Assembly: GCA_010093605.1 (NCBI GenBank)
Contig: MU004183.1
Coordinates: forward strand, 682,001 to 746,000
DNA from: Lophium mytilinum
Taxonomy: Eukaryota
Direction of reading: 5' to 3'
Length of the DNA stretch: 64,000 bases
The translations under genes were made by a program, and so were the position numbers. This document shows positions 47,762-61,011 of this stretch, in pieces (the stretch's first letter is position 1; each line of letters begins with the position of its first letter). The notes beneath the pieces were generated by a model, which saw only the letters and a program-made list of their open reading frames with translations, ran no database searches and was not told where the DNA came from.

Positions 47762-50700
47762 GGCTTACTCACTGTGCGGGACCGCACATCGCAAATGCTG
47801 TTGGCAGGGCCCTAGATGCGTATTCAAGCGGTTGCCGGATGCAGTTCGCGAGGCCTGTCGAGGGGTGAGGTGAGGCTCGCGACGCGGGCGTGTCGTCTCC
47901 TTTTGATATTCGCTTTCTGCGCTGCTCGCCTGACAACTAGGGAGGTGGTGAATGGTCTAGAACGGGGGGACAGGCAGGCGATTGCCGCTGTCAAGGCTGC
48001 ATCTTAGCGACGGCCCAGCACGGGAGAGCTGGGCCCGAAACGGCTACACTGCGCGCTATTCTACGCGAGCTCTAGTGCCAAGGTAAGCTGACCAAAGCAG
48101 CACCCCGCTGTGGCCGGTGAAGCCTCCGACCGTTGGACCTCCTCCGCGATCCCCATCCACTGTAGGCTGCCTAAGCCTCGCCGACTGCAGCATCTCTGCA
48201 GCATGATGATATCGTTCGTTGAGGCATTCAGGCTATCCGCCAGTACCGCATCACGTCACGATGCCTCAGAATACAGTGCTAGGCGACGGCGACAATCTTG
48301 AAAACCTGCTCCACTCATGCCACGACAGGATCGTCGACTTAAACCCCACCGCTGGGCAATTACCAGCGCCCTGCATGGTTGCCAGCCCTGCCACGCCGAT
48401 ACCACCTCGACACCGACCAGCCTACTACCGACATGTCAGATTCACTTGGGTTCATCTGGGTGTATCTGCCGGAACCTGGTACCGTCGGGACATAGGGCAC
48501 GCCTGCAGGGCAATCGACTCCGAACACCTTCTGGATGGGCTGCAGAAGAAAATGAAATCATTAAAGTTTGGTCCGTGACGTCGGGACGCTTTGGGCCACG
48601 GCCTTCCTGAACAGTGAATGGCGCCGCCACGCGAGGGCTTCGGTACACGAGAACGATGACGGCATGCTCCTGGGCGAACTGACACCAGCAGCGGCACTTG
48701 GGATAGCGGGAGGCTCCCAACAGTGCAATTAGTATTCACAGAGCGAAAATATTAGCTAATCAGGATTATGGCATGGATCGTCAATGCAACAACACATCAA
48801 CGTTGGAGCAAGTCTTTCGTATGACAAGAGCCGGATTTGGGCGCGCTCGACTCTGTGTGGACTGGAGCCCCGCCATGCCCCTCACTGTGCTCACGCTTTA
48901 GGAGGACCTCCAGCTGCGCTGCACGAGAGAGCACCAGCCACCAATACTTCCGTACAGTAGTCTGCAGGATCGTCCTGCGCGCCCAGGAGCGAGGGCAGAC
49001 GTTGACGTCTTGTATTGGCGAGAAGCCTTCCCCGCCGCCTCTTATCGTGCCAGAAGACGTTGCTATCGTGGTCTGGAGAAGCCGGTGGGGAACCGGCCAT
49101 CGCTCGCAACCTTCAGCTGTTGACATCGCGACATTCACTCGAGAGCAGCTGAGAGCGGAGCAGAGGGTGGAAGCAGCAGCAGCTCCGCCTCCACTCCTCC
49201 GCTCCCTCCGTCGCGCCCGCAGCATGCACTGGCGACGATCTGAACCAAGATTCAGTCCCACGCAGTTCAGGCAGCCCGGTCCAGGACGATCGCGGGTATT
49301 TGCGTGCGTCGTGCAGCTGCCTTGAGCACTTTGGTACTGACAGAAGAGCTAGGCCCGCTTTGAGCCTTATCTGGTAATTATCTGATGAGTTGTCGCTGTC
49401 CTGTGGTGCACTCACACGGTACTCTGCATCCGCGCTTTCACCACCATGCTTTTCTCGAAGCACCTGCTGCAGACCCTGCAGCTCAGATGCCTTCTTCTGA
49501 CGCTATCTCGCGCCTGTGGCGGTGCAAACGCTAATCGACAGGCTCGATGAATATCGATCGAGACCTGCGGGTCCAGTGCCGACATGTCACTGGTACATCA
49601 TCTACATCTGTCTGCACTCTACTGCGAGTCTGCGTGGTGGAATCGGCATGGCCCGCCCTCTATCTCGCAGAGTCCCAATCTATCCTCCGGCAGTCCCCAG
49701 CTGGCCAGAGAACCGCCATGCAGATTTGGTGGAGACTCAGGTAGGTGTATTCCGCCCATTCATCTCAGCACTTTGTTGGCTTTGGCCCTGGACCTCTGAT
49801 TGTGCACGAGGCGTGCGAAAAGGAAGCTGTGGACGCGAGGATTGCCTGATCCTGGTATGAGTGGGCCTTGTCGTCTTTTTCTCCCTTTATCTCTTTCAGT
49901 CTCTCTTTCCTCTTCTGTTACGGGCGGGAGGATCGGAAGCAGCACTGAACGAGGCACGTCCGCGTTCACGTCGTACACGCAGCGGGATTTGTTTCAACCC
50001 TCATGGACAGGGATATCGGGAATGTAGACTTGAAACACAAACAACCGGAGCGCTAGATGCGCGTGGCGCTCGAGCACAGTGCGCATGGGAGACATGCCTC
50101 GCGCGAAGGCCTGCGCGATTTCGACATCACCCTGGGGGATTCTCGGGCTTTGATACAGCGGTCAATGTAGGAGCTGCTGCTTTCAGAGCGCTGACGAGGG
50201 CAGACGAAATTGAGGGTGAGTGCGTATTCGCGTACACAGGAGCGAGAAGTGCGAAAAGTGCACGAAGGAACGCGAGGGAGCTTCCCTCGTCCAGGGACGA
50301 AGCGAAAGGGACGGAGCACTACAATGTGCAATCTCACAGCTTACGTCGAGCGCGAGTCAGACTCGGTCTGCACAATTGATGAAGAGACAGAAGCAGATGG
50401 CGCGCGAGGAAGATGTCATGCATGACGAGGACACGCTGGCACGGATGTGTTTGAGGGCGCTCGCGGTTTCGACTGGCGACAAAGTCAATGTACAAGTGTG
50501 GAGAGGGCCAGGAGTCACTCCGTAGCCGGCTCGGTCACACTCGCGGCGCCGGTGGCCCATGGATTAGGGGCGGGAGAGGGCCGAATGGGGAAATCGGATC
50601 GGCATCATGGTTTGCTGCAAGCGAGGCGATCCGACTTGTAGCGCGCCCAGTGCAGTATAGACACACTTTTAAGTGTGCAGCTAGGCAGTATCGGGCCGCC

Positions 50701-51843
50701 CAGACGACTCGCAACGCACCAGATTTCGACTTTTGCTACCGCTTTCGGACGACTGCTCATCTTCGCCAGGATGCAACGGCACACCCCCGGCCGGTCTGCT
50801 GCTGAACGGTCAGGACCCCCGTCCCAGCACCGTTCGTGTGGAAGTCGACGGCGGTGTCGACGTCGGCGCGATCGACGGTTGATCCTCATGTCCACGGTGC
50901 TGGAGGCTGCCTGAGTACGAGAGAGTGCAAGACGGCGTGCCAGTGCCGTCCCATTGCTTGCCGAGTCCAGTGTGCCCAGCGAGTGCTCGCAGTCCCGGGC
51001 AGATTACTCGGAACGACAGCAGCGGCCGTGCAGACATGGGCGACAGTGAGCCGTGGCCCGCGCCGGACGCCACCTGGGCACGTCAGCCGAAGCGTGACGA
51101 CAGCGGACGGCGACTGGCGGCAGTGGAGCGCGCGCGATCTCGAGGCTTGTGGGCTTGGCGCAGATGGGGGAGGGATTGCGCAGTGGACATGGTGGAGTGG
51201 TGGAGGCATCGTGTTTGGTGCAGCAGGATGCTCCCCCCAGCAGCGGTGGAGCGCAAGGCTGATGGGCGCGAAAGTCTCCGAGCCGCTTGCAAAAGCTTGG
51301 GTGACGATCGTATCCGCGTCGGGGGCGCTGTTATTTTTAGCCATCTTGGGAGCCAGTGACGCATGCCACGCGAGCTAGAGGGCCTAAGCTGGAGGCAGCG
51401 CGGGTGAGACAGTCTATCGAATTCACCACCCCTGCCGCTCCCTGAACGCTCCCACCACTCCCGCATACACCACCGACGCCCACACCAAGAAAGGCCCCAG
51501 CAGCCAGCAAGCAAGCAGCCCCAGTTCCAGCGAACGAATCGCGCGCCCTGGAGCAAAGCCAAAGCCAGTTCCAAAGCAGTCGAAACAGGCCAAAGTCAGA
51601 GCCACCCACGCAAGGCTCCAGCGCGCCCATGCTCCCCGTATGCCCTATGTACGCCGCCCCTGTCCTGGCGCTGCGGCGGCCGGCCTCTCACTCACTGTCC
51701 CAACGCTTGCCTCGGTCGGTCAGTCCACTGCGGTGCTCGCTCCGGCGTGCGGTCGTGACTGCAGCGAGCCATGGACGCTGGCCCCAGCCGCCGCCGTCGT
51801 GGGTGGTGGGCCCTAGCTGTGCAACGCGCTGCCGCAGCTTGGT

Positions 51844-51882
51844 GTCTCCCCAGGCGTCCAGCAAATCTCAGGGCCTGCCAGC
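51844..51882 (+). repeat. Copy 2 of the 40-bp duplicated element upstream of CMR1
   Basis: GTCTC-CCCAGGCGTCCAGCAAATCTCAGGGCCTGCCAGC (one mismatch and one gap versus copy 1). Confidence 0.85.
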
Positions 51883-52737
51883 CTGCCAGGGCCACGGCGG
51901 AGAGCTGCTGGGGAGCGCTGGGGGAGGGCGGGTGCACGGGTGGACGGCGGGACGAGGCCTTCTGAAAAGGCAGACGCAGACGCGGTGGAGCTTCATCAAT
52001 CAAATCCTCAATGCGTCGACTCTGTCAGGGTTGTTCCGCGATCCGCCGGGCGCCCTGGTTGGGCCAGCGAATCGATTGATCATCGCAAAGTGTTGACGCT
52101 TTCCATTTGCGGCGCTGCAGGGCTCCAAGACAGGGTTGCAGGGGCGGCTTGTCCGCGGGCGATCGTTGTCGAGTAGGTACGGAACCATGTACTCCTTATC
52201 GTTGCTCTTGACCGCAGCAGGTAAGCCATGGAGCGAGCCTTGTCACGGCCATAACAGCGGAGCACATGCTACCCAAGCGCCTGGCGCCGCAGACCACGGG
52301 AGGCACCATCGAGCACTCGAGCATAGAGCAGCGTTTCTTGATTATGCACCACGGGCAAGCACGCCTAGCCTCCTAGTCGTAAGAAAGTCTCAGCACTGCT
52401 TTCTCCTCTGCCCTTTCCAAGGAACCCTATGCCATAATACTGCCATTGAGACGACAGCTCAGCTCTCCGCCGTGTAAGCAAGCTCACAGCCCGCCGCCAG
52501 CGTCTGCCCCCAGGACCCACCACATATAACATATTCCAAACCAGCCCACGGCCCAAGCGTTTCCCCTCTCTACCTTTCCTCCCATGCCACCACCGCCTTG
52601 AAACGACCTAACTCTTCCCAACCTTTTCTTTGAAACTTCCCTTGCAGCATACCTACGGCCGTTTCCTCTATATCTGCCACCGCCCGTGCTGCCACCGGCT
52701 TCCGCCATCCGCACCACTTTCGTTTTCCGCCGCCATC

Positions 52738-55700
52738 ATGGTGTTCTGCACATATTGCGGCCAGTCGTTTACGAGGGACGAGCACCTCGAGAGGCATATC
52801 CTTACCCGTACGTCCTCCACCCTCCCCACGGCTCCGATTTTTTGGAGATGGCCAACTGACGAGCTTCTGTGGTCTAGACACTAATGTAAAACCGTACAAA
52901 TGCTTTACTTGCCATATGTCGTTTGCCCGTCGGTAAGTGGTTCTCTATTGCAAGGCTGGTCGTTCCAAAATGCACACACGACTTCCCTGCAGCTTCTCCA
53001 ACACCTCTTTGACTTGCTGACACGCAATTAGCGATCTGCTCCAGCGTCACTACACCGTCCATGGCCGGGACGCTAATAATCAGGAAGGCTTACCGCCGAA
53101 TTCTGGAATAATACCCAAATCCGCCGGCAGAACGCCCATCGCCTGCAGTAACTGTGCAAAGACGAAGACGAAATGCGACAAGAAGTTCCCCTGCAGTCGC
53201 TGCGCAAGTAGGAACCTCCGCTGCACCCTCCGGCCGACTCGCCGGGCCTCGAAGAACGTCAATCGTGTGTTACCGCCAGGCGAGAGTGCGGGAAGCGGCA
53301 GTTCGTCTGAGCATGGCAACAATGGCAGTCCTAACGGCTCGAATCGCAACTCTCCTCTTGCACAGACTCAGACTCTCCCCGAATCGCAATCACAGACCAC
53401 TCCACAGATCCAGCCGCAGCTCCTCCAGAATCCCACCCCCGAGGACGAGAAGCCCCCCTCCATGGAAGGGCCTACGCCGTTTTTCGAGCACAGCCCTCAG
53501 AACGGGCAAACAGCGGTGCTCCCGTCTGTCCTGTCACCGCTTCCCACCCCCGTCAACGGCTTCATTGCACAGACACCAATGTCTGGGTATGACGACTTTC
53601 TCCGTGCCGGTAGAGACGGCTCAGAGAACAACTCCAGTCCACGATTTCTTATGGATTGGGCACATGTGCAGGTGGCTCCAGAGTACGACCCGATGGGCAG
53701 GATAGATCCCTCGATGATGATGGCCACCATGGGAATGGAAATGAACCACATGCAACAGCACGCTGACGGTCTCCTGGGTATGATTCCGGAGATGCAGACC
53801 CCACACGGATTCCCCGTTCAAACACCGAGCCACACCCCGCGCATGGACGAGACGTTTTCAGACCTCCAAATTGGCAGCTCCGCTTCGATGTTCTACACTT
53901 CTCACAGCCGTCAGCACTCGATTACTGATTCCGGGGTTGCGGACCTCGGCGCTATCATTGCCGCCCAGGACGGGTGGACCGTTTTCAGGTGCACCCCTCC
54001 TATCCCGTCTAGCTCGTGTCCACGAACGGCGAAGCTGAACCTGGAACGACTCGAACAAACTCTGCGTAATCACGAAGGATGGAGCCAATGGAGGCCACTG
54101 TGGGATGAGGCTGACTTCGCGTCGGGAGAGCAACTGTCGGTTACGCCAATGCGTGAAAGCACCCGAGACAAGCTACTCGCCATTACGCAGATGTTCTTGC
54201 ACAAAGCGCTTGATATCCACAAGGACGGCATGAGCAGCTCGCCAGGCAGCGGCGAGTCACCCAGCTCCACAGGATCCAACTTCGTACTCCTCCCACCGGC
54301 GACGGTGCTAGACTCTTTCCTTCGCTCTTACGCTAATTCTTTCGAGCGGTACTACCCAATGACGTCGCGGGGCGTGCTGGACTCGAACGAGCTAATGCAA
54401 TGCTATAATGACAAAGCCTCGACTTTACTAATTTTAATGATGATTGCCCAGGGCGCGATGGTAATTCCGTCGGTCGAGGCACGGTGGTTGACAGGTGGCC
54501 TTACGGAGGCATGCCGCATCTCGCTCTTCGACCTAATCGAGAAAAACATTATCATGTCAGGAGACCCGATTGTGTTGCGTTCGGCGTTGCTCTTTACCGT
54601 CCAGGCGGCATGGAGCGGCGACAAGTGGCAGATGGACATCGCCATGGGTCAACGCGGCATGTACTTTGCGATGCTGCGGCACTCAGGCGTGCTCGAGCCT
54701 GCACACGCTACGCCAACGCCTAGACTGAACTCAAGAGGGACGACTGAGACGTTGTGGAGCGACTGGATTACGATGGAGAGCCGAAGCAGGTATGTCGTAG
54801 AAACTTGACGTTGGTGTATCACGTGCTCACTATTCGTTAGGTTGATCTATTCGTGGGTAATGGTCGATCAAGACCTGTCGCTGTTCCATGATACAGCACC
54901 GCTTTTCTCCGTCACTGAGTTTGGCGCGCCCATGCCAGATGCCGACAGGTTGTGGCAGGCGAAGACGTCCCAGGAGTGGTCTGAGGTCTTCAACCAGGTG
55001 CACGAGTTCAGCGGCGGCTACTCCTCCGTGGGCTCGGGCGCGCGTCCGTTGTCGCTGCGTGATCTGTTCCGTCTGTTCCTAGATGACGAGATAATCCCCC
55101 AGAATATTGCTCTAACGCCACTACATTTGCGGCTATTACTCCACCCGCTCCAGTCACTTGTCTGCCAGTATTGCCAGCTGTTAAGCTGCTTCTCCGACAC
55201 TATGGCCTCACGCAACCGCTCTCGCGCCGTGACGGCAGCGTCGACCCGCGTTCGCCTCGAGGAAGTGCAAGCTCTTCTACAGCGCTGGTATGACCTTGCA
55301 GACCGTTATTCCAAGGCGAACCCCATGTGCGCTATGATGCACGCCAATCTTGTTCTGTTCCACCTCATTTCCCTCAACGCCGTAACGAACTTCCCCGAGA
55401 TCGAGCGTCTCGCCCGCCGTGAAGGTTTCGACGGCACTTACCAGCAGCTGCTCTGGATCCACAAGCGCTGCATCGCCGACGTCGAGGAGGCGATCTTCCA
55501 CTGCGGCCAGGTGCTTCGGCTCATTCGGTCTATGCCTCGGGGAATTCGTCCTCCATGGTGGCCTGGAGCAGTCTACCGAGTTGCTCTGATCATGTGGACC
55601 GATAGTTTGACACACAACGAGAGTGTGAGCCCATCCAACGGCATGTTCCCTCCATCTGGCGTGTCCTTCGCAGTCGACGGCTTGCCAGCGGAGCATCCTC

Positions 55701-55888
55701 TCATTGTTCGCTATCTGAGCAAGCGGGAGGGCGTCCCAACGCTAACGAAACGCGACGGCTCCCAACTGCCCATGCACCACGCCTACACGGTGCTAACCCA
55801 CTGCATTGACGTGGTCGACGAGGGTCTCGCGACACGCTTTTCCGACGGGATCCGGGGGAAGCTGGAGAAGCTGGCGCGGAGTCCTTGA
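52738..55888 (+). CDS. CMR1: Melanin regulator with two C2H2 fingers plus Zn2Cys6 cluster (Cmr1/Amr1/Zmr1/Pig1 family), 976 aa
   Basis: Exons 52738-52807, 52878-52932, 53032-54789 and 54841-55888. MVFCTYCGQSFTRDEHLERHILTHTNVKPYKCFTCHMSFARRDLLQRHYTVH; ACSNCAKTKTKCDKKFPCSRCASRNLRC. Confidence 0.96.
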
Positions 55889-58800
55889 GTCAAGTCCAGA
55901 TATCCGGATTCCTTCTCTTCACCTCCTCCCGCCCCATCGCTGCAACCATAACTTCCATCTCTTTCTCCGCCTTTCACATGCGGCCAGCTAAAGAACGGGG
56001 CGCTCCACGCCCTATATACCGTCCGCCCATCCCATGTGCAAATCCCCTGGGAAAGCCTCGGCTCGTGACCGAGAGCAATACGGGGTCCGGGAATGAAGAT
56101 CGCACGCGTGCTCGTGCGTATGGCAACGCCGTCCTAGTTCTCTCTCCTTCTCTTTCCCGTGTCCGTGTCGGTGGCATGTGGTATTCCTCCGGCTTCCCCT
56201 CTCGGATTGTCGTTCGGCCTCCCATCACAATGTCGTCCAACTTCACTCCCCCAAGCATTTTCCTCGCGGGCCCCCCTAATGTATTATACACCTGTCCTCG
56301 CCTATCCCGCGCAGGCCTGTCGATGATGGATGGACCGATCCGCAGTGGTGAATGATGTTCTTATTCGCCATCCCTGCCTTTCCCGCATCCGGCCACGATC
56401 CTCGGCGATCTTGCCCACCGATGGAAAAAGTCCTTTTACGATATGCATTCGTCCAAACTGGTTCCCATTCGGCGTTTCTGGCTGCGGTTCTTCATCTCTT
56501 TCTGTTTTTGCTGTCTTGCGCGGTTGTTGCTTTTAATCTTGTTTTTGGTGGGGTGCGGGTTATTAGTTGGGTGTGAGGAGGGTAGGTCATCAGACCGCTT
56601 CCCGACCCACACACACCCACACCATCATACCCGCTAGGGCTTTTGCGATCTGGGAATCGATCGCAAACTTACGTGATGCATGCATGCGTTTCTGCGCCAC
56701 TCGGCGGTGGTGGCGGTCTTTCGCGTAATGAACGAATTGTAAACGATTTTCCTTTTTTTGTTTTTTGCTTTGCGTCCGTTCGTTCATCCTTGCGTGATTC
56801 GCTGGTAATCTTCATAGAGCGATGGAGTTTTTCTGTTCTCTCTTTTTGCTTCTTTGTTGCGATGGGATAGACCGCACTGGGCTGGGTTGTGTATCTGGTA
56901 TCGATAATTGGTAATGCGCTTTTGCTTCTCGCGTATCTCAACTAGTTCTGGTATCATGGTATCTGGGACGGATGAAAGGAGGTAGACATGGGTGGTATTG
57001 TTGGGGATTCTATAGTCTAATGAGCGAGTCTTCCGTTATGAATGGTCTTTTGAAGTGTTTTCTGTGATGTGATGTGGATTGACTGAGTGCGGAGAGGAAT
57101 GAAAGGTGTATGTATGAGCGATCCCAGCGTTACCCTCGAGGTAGGTGTAAAGGTGATGCGGTGTGAAGTGGATGATGCTCAGTGTTGGGAGGCTTGAAGA
57201 CGTAAGGGGTGTGAGGGGCCACGAGGGATCCCGTCTTCACTTCCTCGGTATGTATTGAAGTGATGTGATAGTATGATAGGGGGAGAGTGCTAACATTGAC
57301 GTTGAAGTGGAGGCTCCCTTTCCTACCCGTGAAGAGATATGGAGGGGGGTCGGTGAGGGGTTTCGGAGACGGAAGAGTGAGTGTGTCCCTCATCTCGTCC
57401 TTGGTATGAGTTGAGGTGGGGTGAAGTGAAAGAGATCTCTCCCGGGAGAGAAGTGATGCAGTGAGGGTCTGGATATGGGGGAGGGGTAGGCCATCGAAGT
57501 GACCATTCCGTCACATCCAGGGTCCACGTCGAAGTGGGTTGAAGTGATCGAGGGTCCAGTCCATGACGGGGGAACGAAAGACAACGAGGGGCACCGAAGA
57601 AAAAGAAGAAAGAGGAGGGGAAGAGAGGGGATACAAGCCTTTGCTATATACAAGTCAAGTTTTTCCCTACCGCCTGTTCATGCCACCTCAGTGGCTTGGC
57701 TTAATACCTCGTCCGTCGTTCCTATTTCCTCAGTTCCCGCAATCAGCCGGACAGTCGTAGCGGCGTATAACGGCCATGCACCTGCGTAGCCCGTCCCTGC
57801 TTCTCCCCAGCCCGCCCGTCGAGGTGCAGTGCGGCGGTGGGCCTTTCTTCCAGTCAGAGTGACGGTACGGCAAAACACCATAGCCATGTGGCATGGCCAC
57901 CACCCACTAGGCCTGCCTGCGGGCGTCGGTTCGGGAAAGGCAACGAGACTCGCCACAGCCAGTCACGGTGGAGGTGGAAAAGGAAGAGTGCACGCCTGCT
58001 GACGCGGCCGCCAGAAGAGCGGGTAGCAGGTATCAAGGGTTGAGGGATGGTGGGATATGGGGAAATCAGAACACGAGGCGGACCAGGGCAATCCCAAATG
58101 CCCCCCCTCCAAGTACAAGACAAGTCCTCATACCAGCTCCATATATTCTCTGCTGGTAAACGGCCATTTCGCACGGTACCGGTACGGTTACCCTCCCCAA
58201 AACCCGCAGACCCGGCTTGCCCGCTACAAGTCAAAATTCGCGTATACAGAACCCGTAAGGCCCAGGAAACATGCTGGCCGCCATTCCATCATCGCCTTCG
58301 CGCTGGCGAAAGACGCAGGCAAGATCATCATGTCCCCAGCATTAGCATTCTCCGTAGCCCTTCCGGCTGGCTTTCGTACTTGGGACGCTTTGCCCCTTTG
58401 GGAATGCTGGGGGAAAGGCACTGGCACGCAACCGGGCAGCGCAATGCACGCGGCGGCGAATCAAGAGCGAAAGATGGCTTGAACTTGGTTGTGAAACGGG
58501 CCCGTTTGCCCGCTGGGCAACGGTTTTCTTCTGCTTTGGGCATGGAGCGGGGCGGAGGGGTGGTGATTGGGGAGGCGGAGGGGCGATGGGCGAGGGATGC
58601 CACTTGCGATGCCCGACGTACTAGCCCGGCATGCCACTCGCATGAGGTGGACTGGGATTGCAGATGCCTACGTAGGGGTGGTTTTTCGGCGAATGAGGGA
58701 GGGGAGGCGTAGGTTGGGGCCGGGGCGAGCGATGGGAATAGATGGGGTGGTAGAGAGGGTTGGGAAGAGGGGAGGAAAGAGTGCTAGGTGGGTTAAGTTG

Positions 58801-61011
58801 GTGATATGTGCGAGCGTTGAGAGAGTTGTGGTTTGTGCGATTTGACGTGCGTGACAGGCACAGGAACAGGAACAAAAAGAGGACACGTTAGGGACTGGGG
58901 TAGAAGCACTGCAGGACACAGGACAGGTACTGTATGGTAAGACAAGGTTGCGGGTCGGTATGGGGAGTGCGAGATTGTACGTGGTTCGTGCTGGGGATGC
59001 TGGATACCTCTGTGCGGTCGAACGTGCGGTGACGGCACCGACGGGAAGACCGGGGGGTCCTGAGTTCTCCGACTATGGCTACGGATAGAAGACAATGACG
59101 GCGCGCTCGATGCTAGGTTGTTGAAGTGGTATTCCGTGATAGCCACGCGGTTGAGATATAAAAAGCTTGGGGCGGACATGTAGACATGGTAGATATATTG
59201 ATGCTTCTTTCTGCGACATCTCGACATGTATGTTGGTATCTTTTTTAACAGTGCTCCGGCTCCATATCGAAGTCACAGGCAATAGTCTTCCAGCAGATGG
59301 AACGCTACAAGCAACTGACTCTCAACATGTTACTTCCTGCAGCCTGTCGACTGGGAGTACAACGGCCTGTCAATCCTTCGACCACCTGCTACGGACTAGG
59401 ATCTCTGCCCGCCAGATGCCACGTTGAAATTGCTCTCCATGGACCATTCACAGCCACGAGGCCCATTGGTCAACCTGGACGAGCAGCATCACGACGGGCT
59501 TCAAAGTGGCAGGATGCAGGCAGCGGAGCCTGACAAAGCGAGTCTAACGCGAGCAATGCTTGGAAGTCTGGTAGGCTAAAGGGACATGGTTGCGCGAGAG
59601 GCAAAAGTGCGGCGTAGGTGGCTGCGGGCCGCCGAGTTGCTTGCTGGATGCAGTGCGGATCGTCTGGGCAGGACCTGTCGGAACAGTGAGCATTTCCAGC
59701 GGTACCGATGGATAGGGGAATTGCTTGACAGGCGGCGGATATAGATAGGTTCGAGCTGGGCGCGGACGTGGTGGTGGTTGGGGGCAGCGTGTCGTCGCGA
59801 TGCTGAGCCCTGGAGTGCGGAGCCGAAGCCGTGAGTTGCGGCATGCCACAAGCTCTTCCGCTGCCGGACTCTCCTCTTTCTTTCGCCGCAGGATCGCGAT
59901 GGGGAGCCCTCAGGTCCAATCCGACGCGATGCCGGACAGCAGCTTGGGGCAACAGACGGCGCAGGAGTGCTTGGTGGGGCTTGCGTCAACGAGGCTGCGA
60001 GGGAATGGGGTTGCGATGGGTCGATGGTCGTCGTGAGGCCCCGTATGCCTCAGTTTTAACTGCTGACAAGGCGGAAAACTGCCTGGCGATCGCCCTCCTC
60101 GCGGCTCTCACCGTTAATGGTGCCAAATTGGCCGGATTACGCCCAAGAGTGGGTGCGAGGCAGCAGGCCAGCACTTCATAAGAGCGCGGTGGTCGTGCTG
60201 GTACTACGTTCTGGCTGGTGTCTGACCCTTTTCTCACTCTCAGGCCTCCTCAGGCTCACCAGGCCCCTCTCTCCGCCACGCCTCCCCGACAAATGTGGCA
60301 GCCGGGCCACTCGCCGGGCCGCATCTACGATGTTCGATGCCAATTCTCTAGCTGCTTAGCACCCAAGCCGCCTGTCTTTGCAGCATCTCAGGCACGCGCT
60401 GATGATTCGGTCGCCATTCGGTCGCGCAGCCGTCAGTGAGTCGTGACGCTGATGTTCGGGTCGTGGCTGCCATCGCTCCCTGCCGGCGTCGCTTCCTGCC
60501 CCTGACAGGCGACAGTTGGTCCCCTAGTTCTTTCTCCATCTGATATCGCGACAACTGGCAGGTGCTGCTGCGCTCGGCCCCGCCCAAAGCCGACACGAAG
60601 CCTCGCACAATGCCCCGCAGTCCACGGCTCAACTCCACTGCCAACGCGGTGCACGGCTTTCCGCCGAAGCTGCCAGGCACCGCGGGAGAGGCTGATGGGG
60701 GGCCCTGACGGTGCCAGTTGGGGACGCGGCGGCTTCTAACGATGGCTGTTGGGGAAGCGGCCGCACATGTACCACTCTTCAGATGTATTCTCCGGGGCGG
60801 CCATGCTTCCTTCCGTATATAGGTCCATTGTGCTCCTGCCGTAGACGAATCCATATCAACCAGTAGACCTTTCACTGTGCAGCTTTCAACTCCAACCGCT
60901 TCCTCACTCTTCCACTCAGCAATCCACTTCCAATCACTTCTTTTGCTCCTCTCACAATCAACTTTCTTCAAACTCCACCCAACTTCAACCCCACATCATC
61001 CAATCTTCAAA

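Noticed and set aside
47400..52700. Many short overlapping ORFs upstream of CMR1 (also 33-36 kb and 56-61 kb)
   Set aside because: R/A/G/P-rich translations in all frames, expected from high GC, with no motifs or consistent splice structure.
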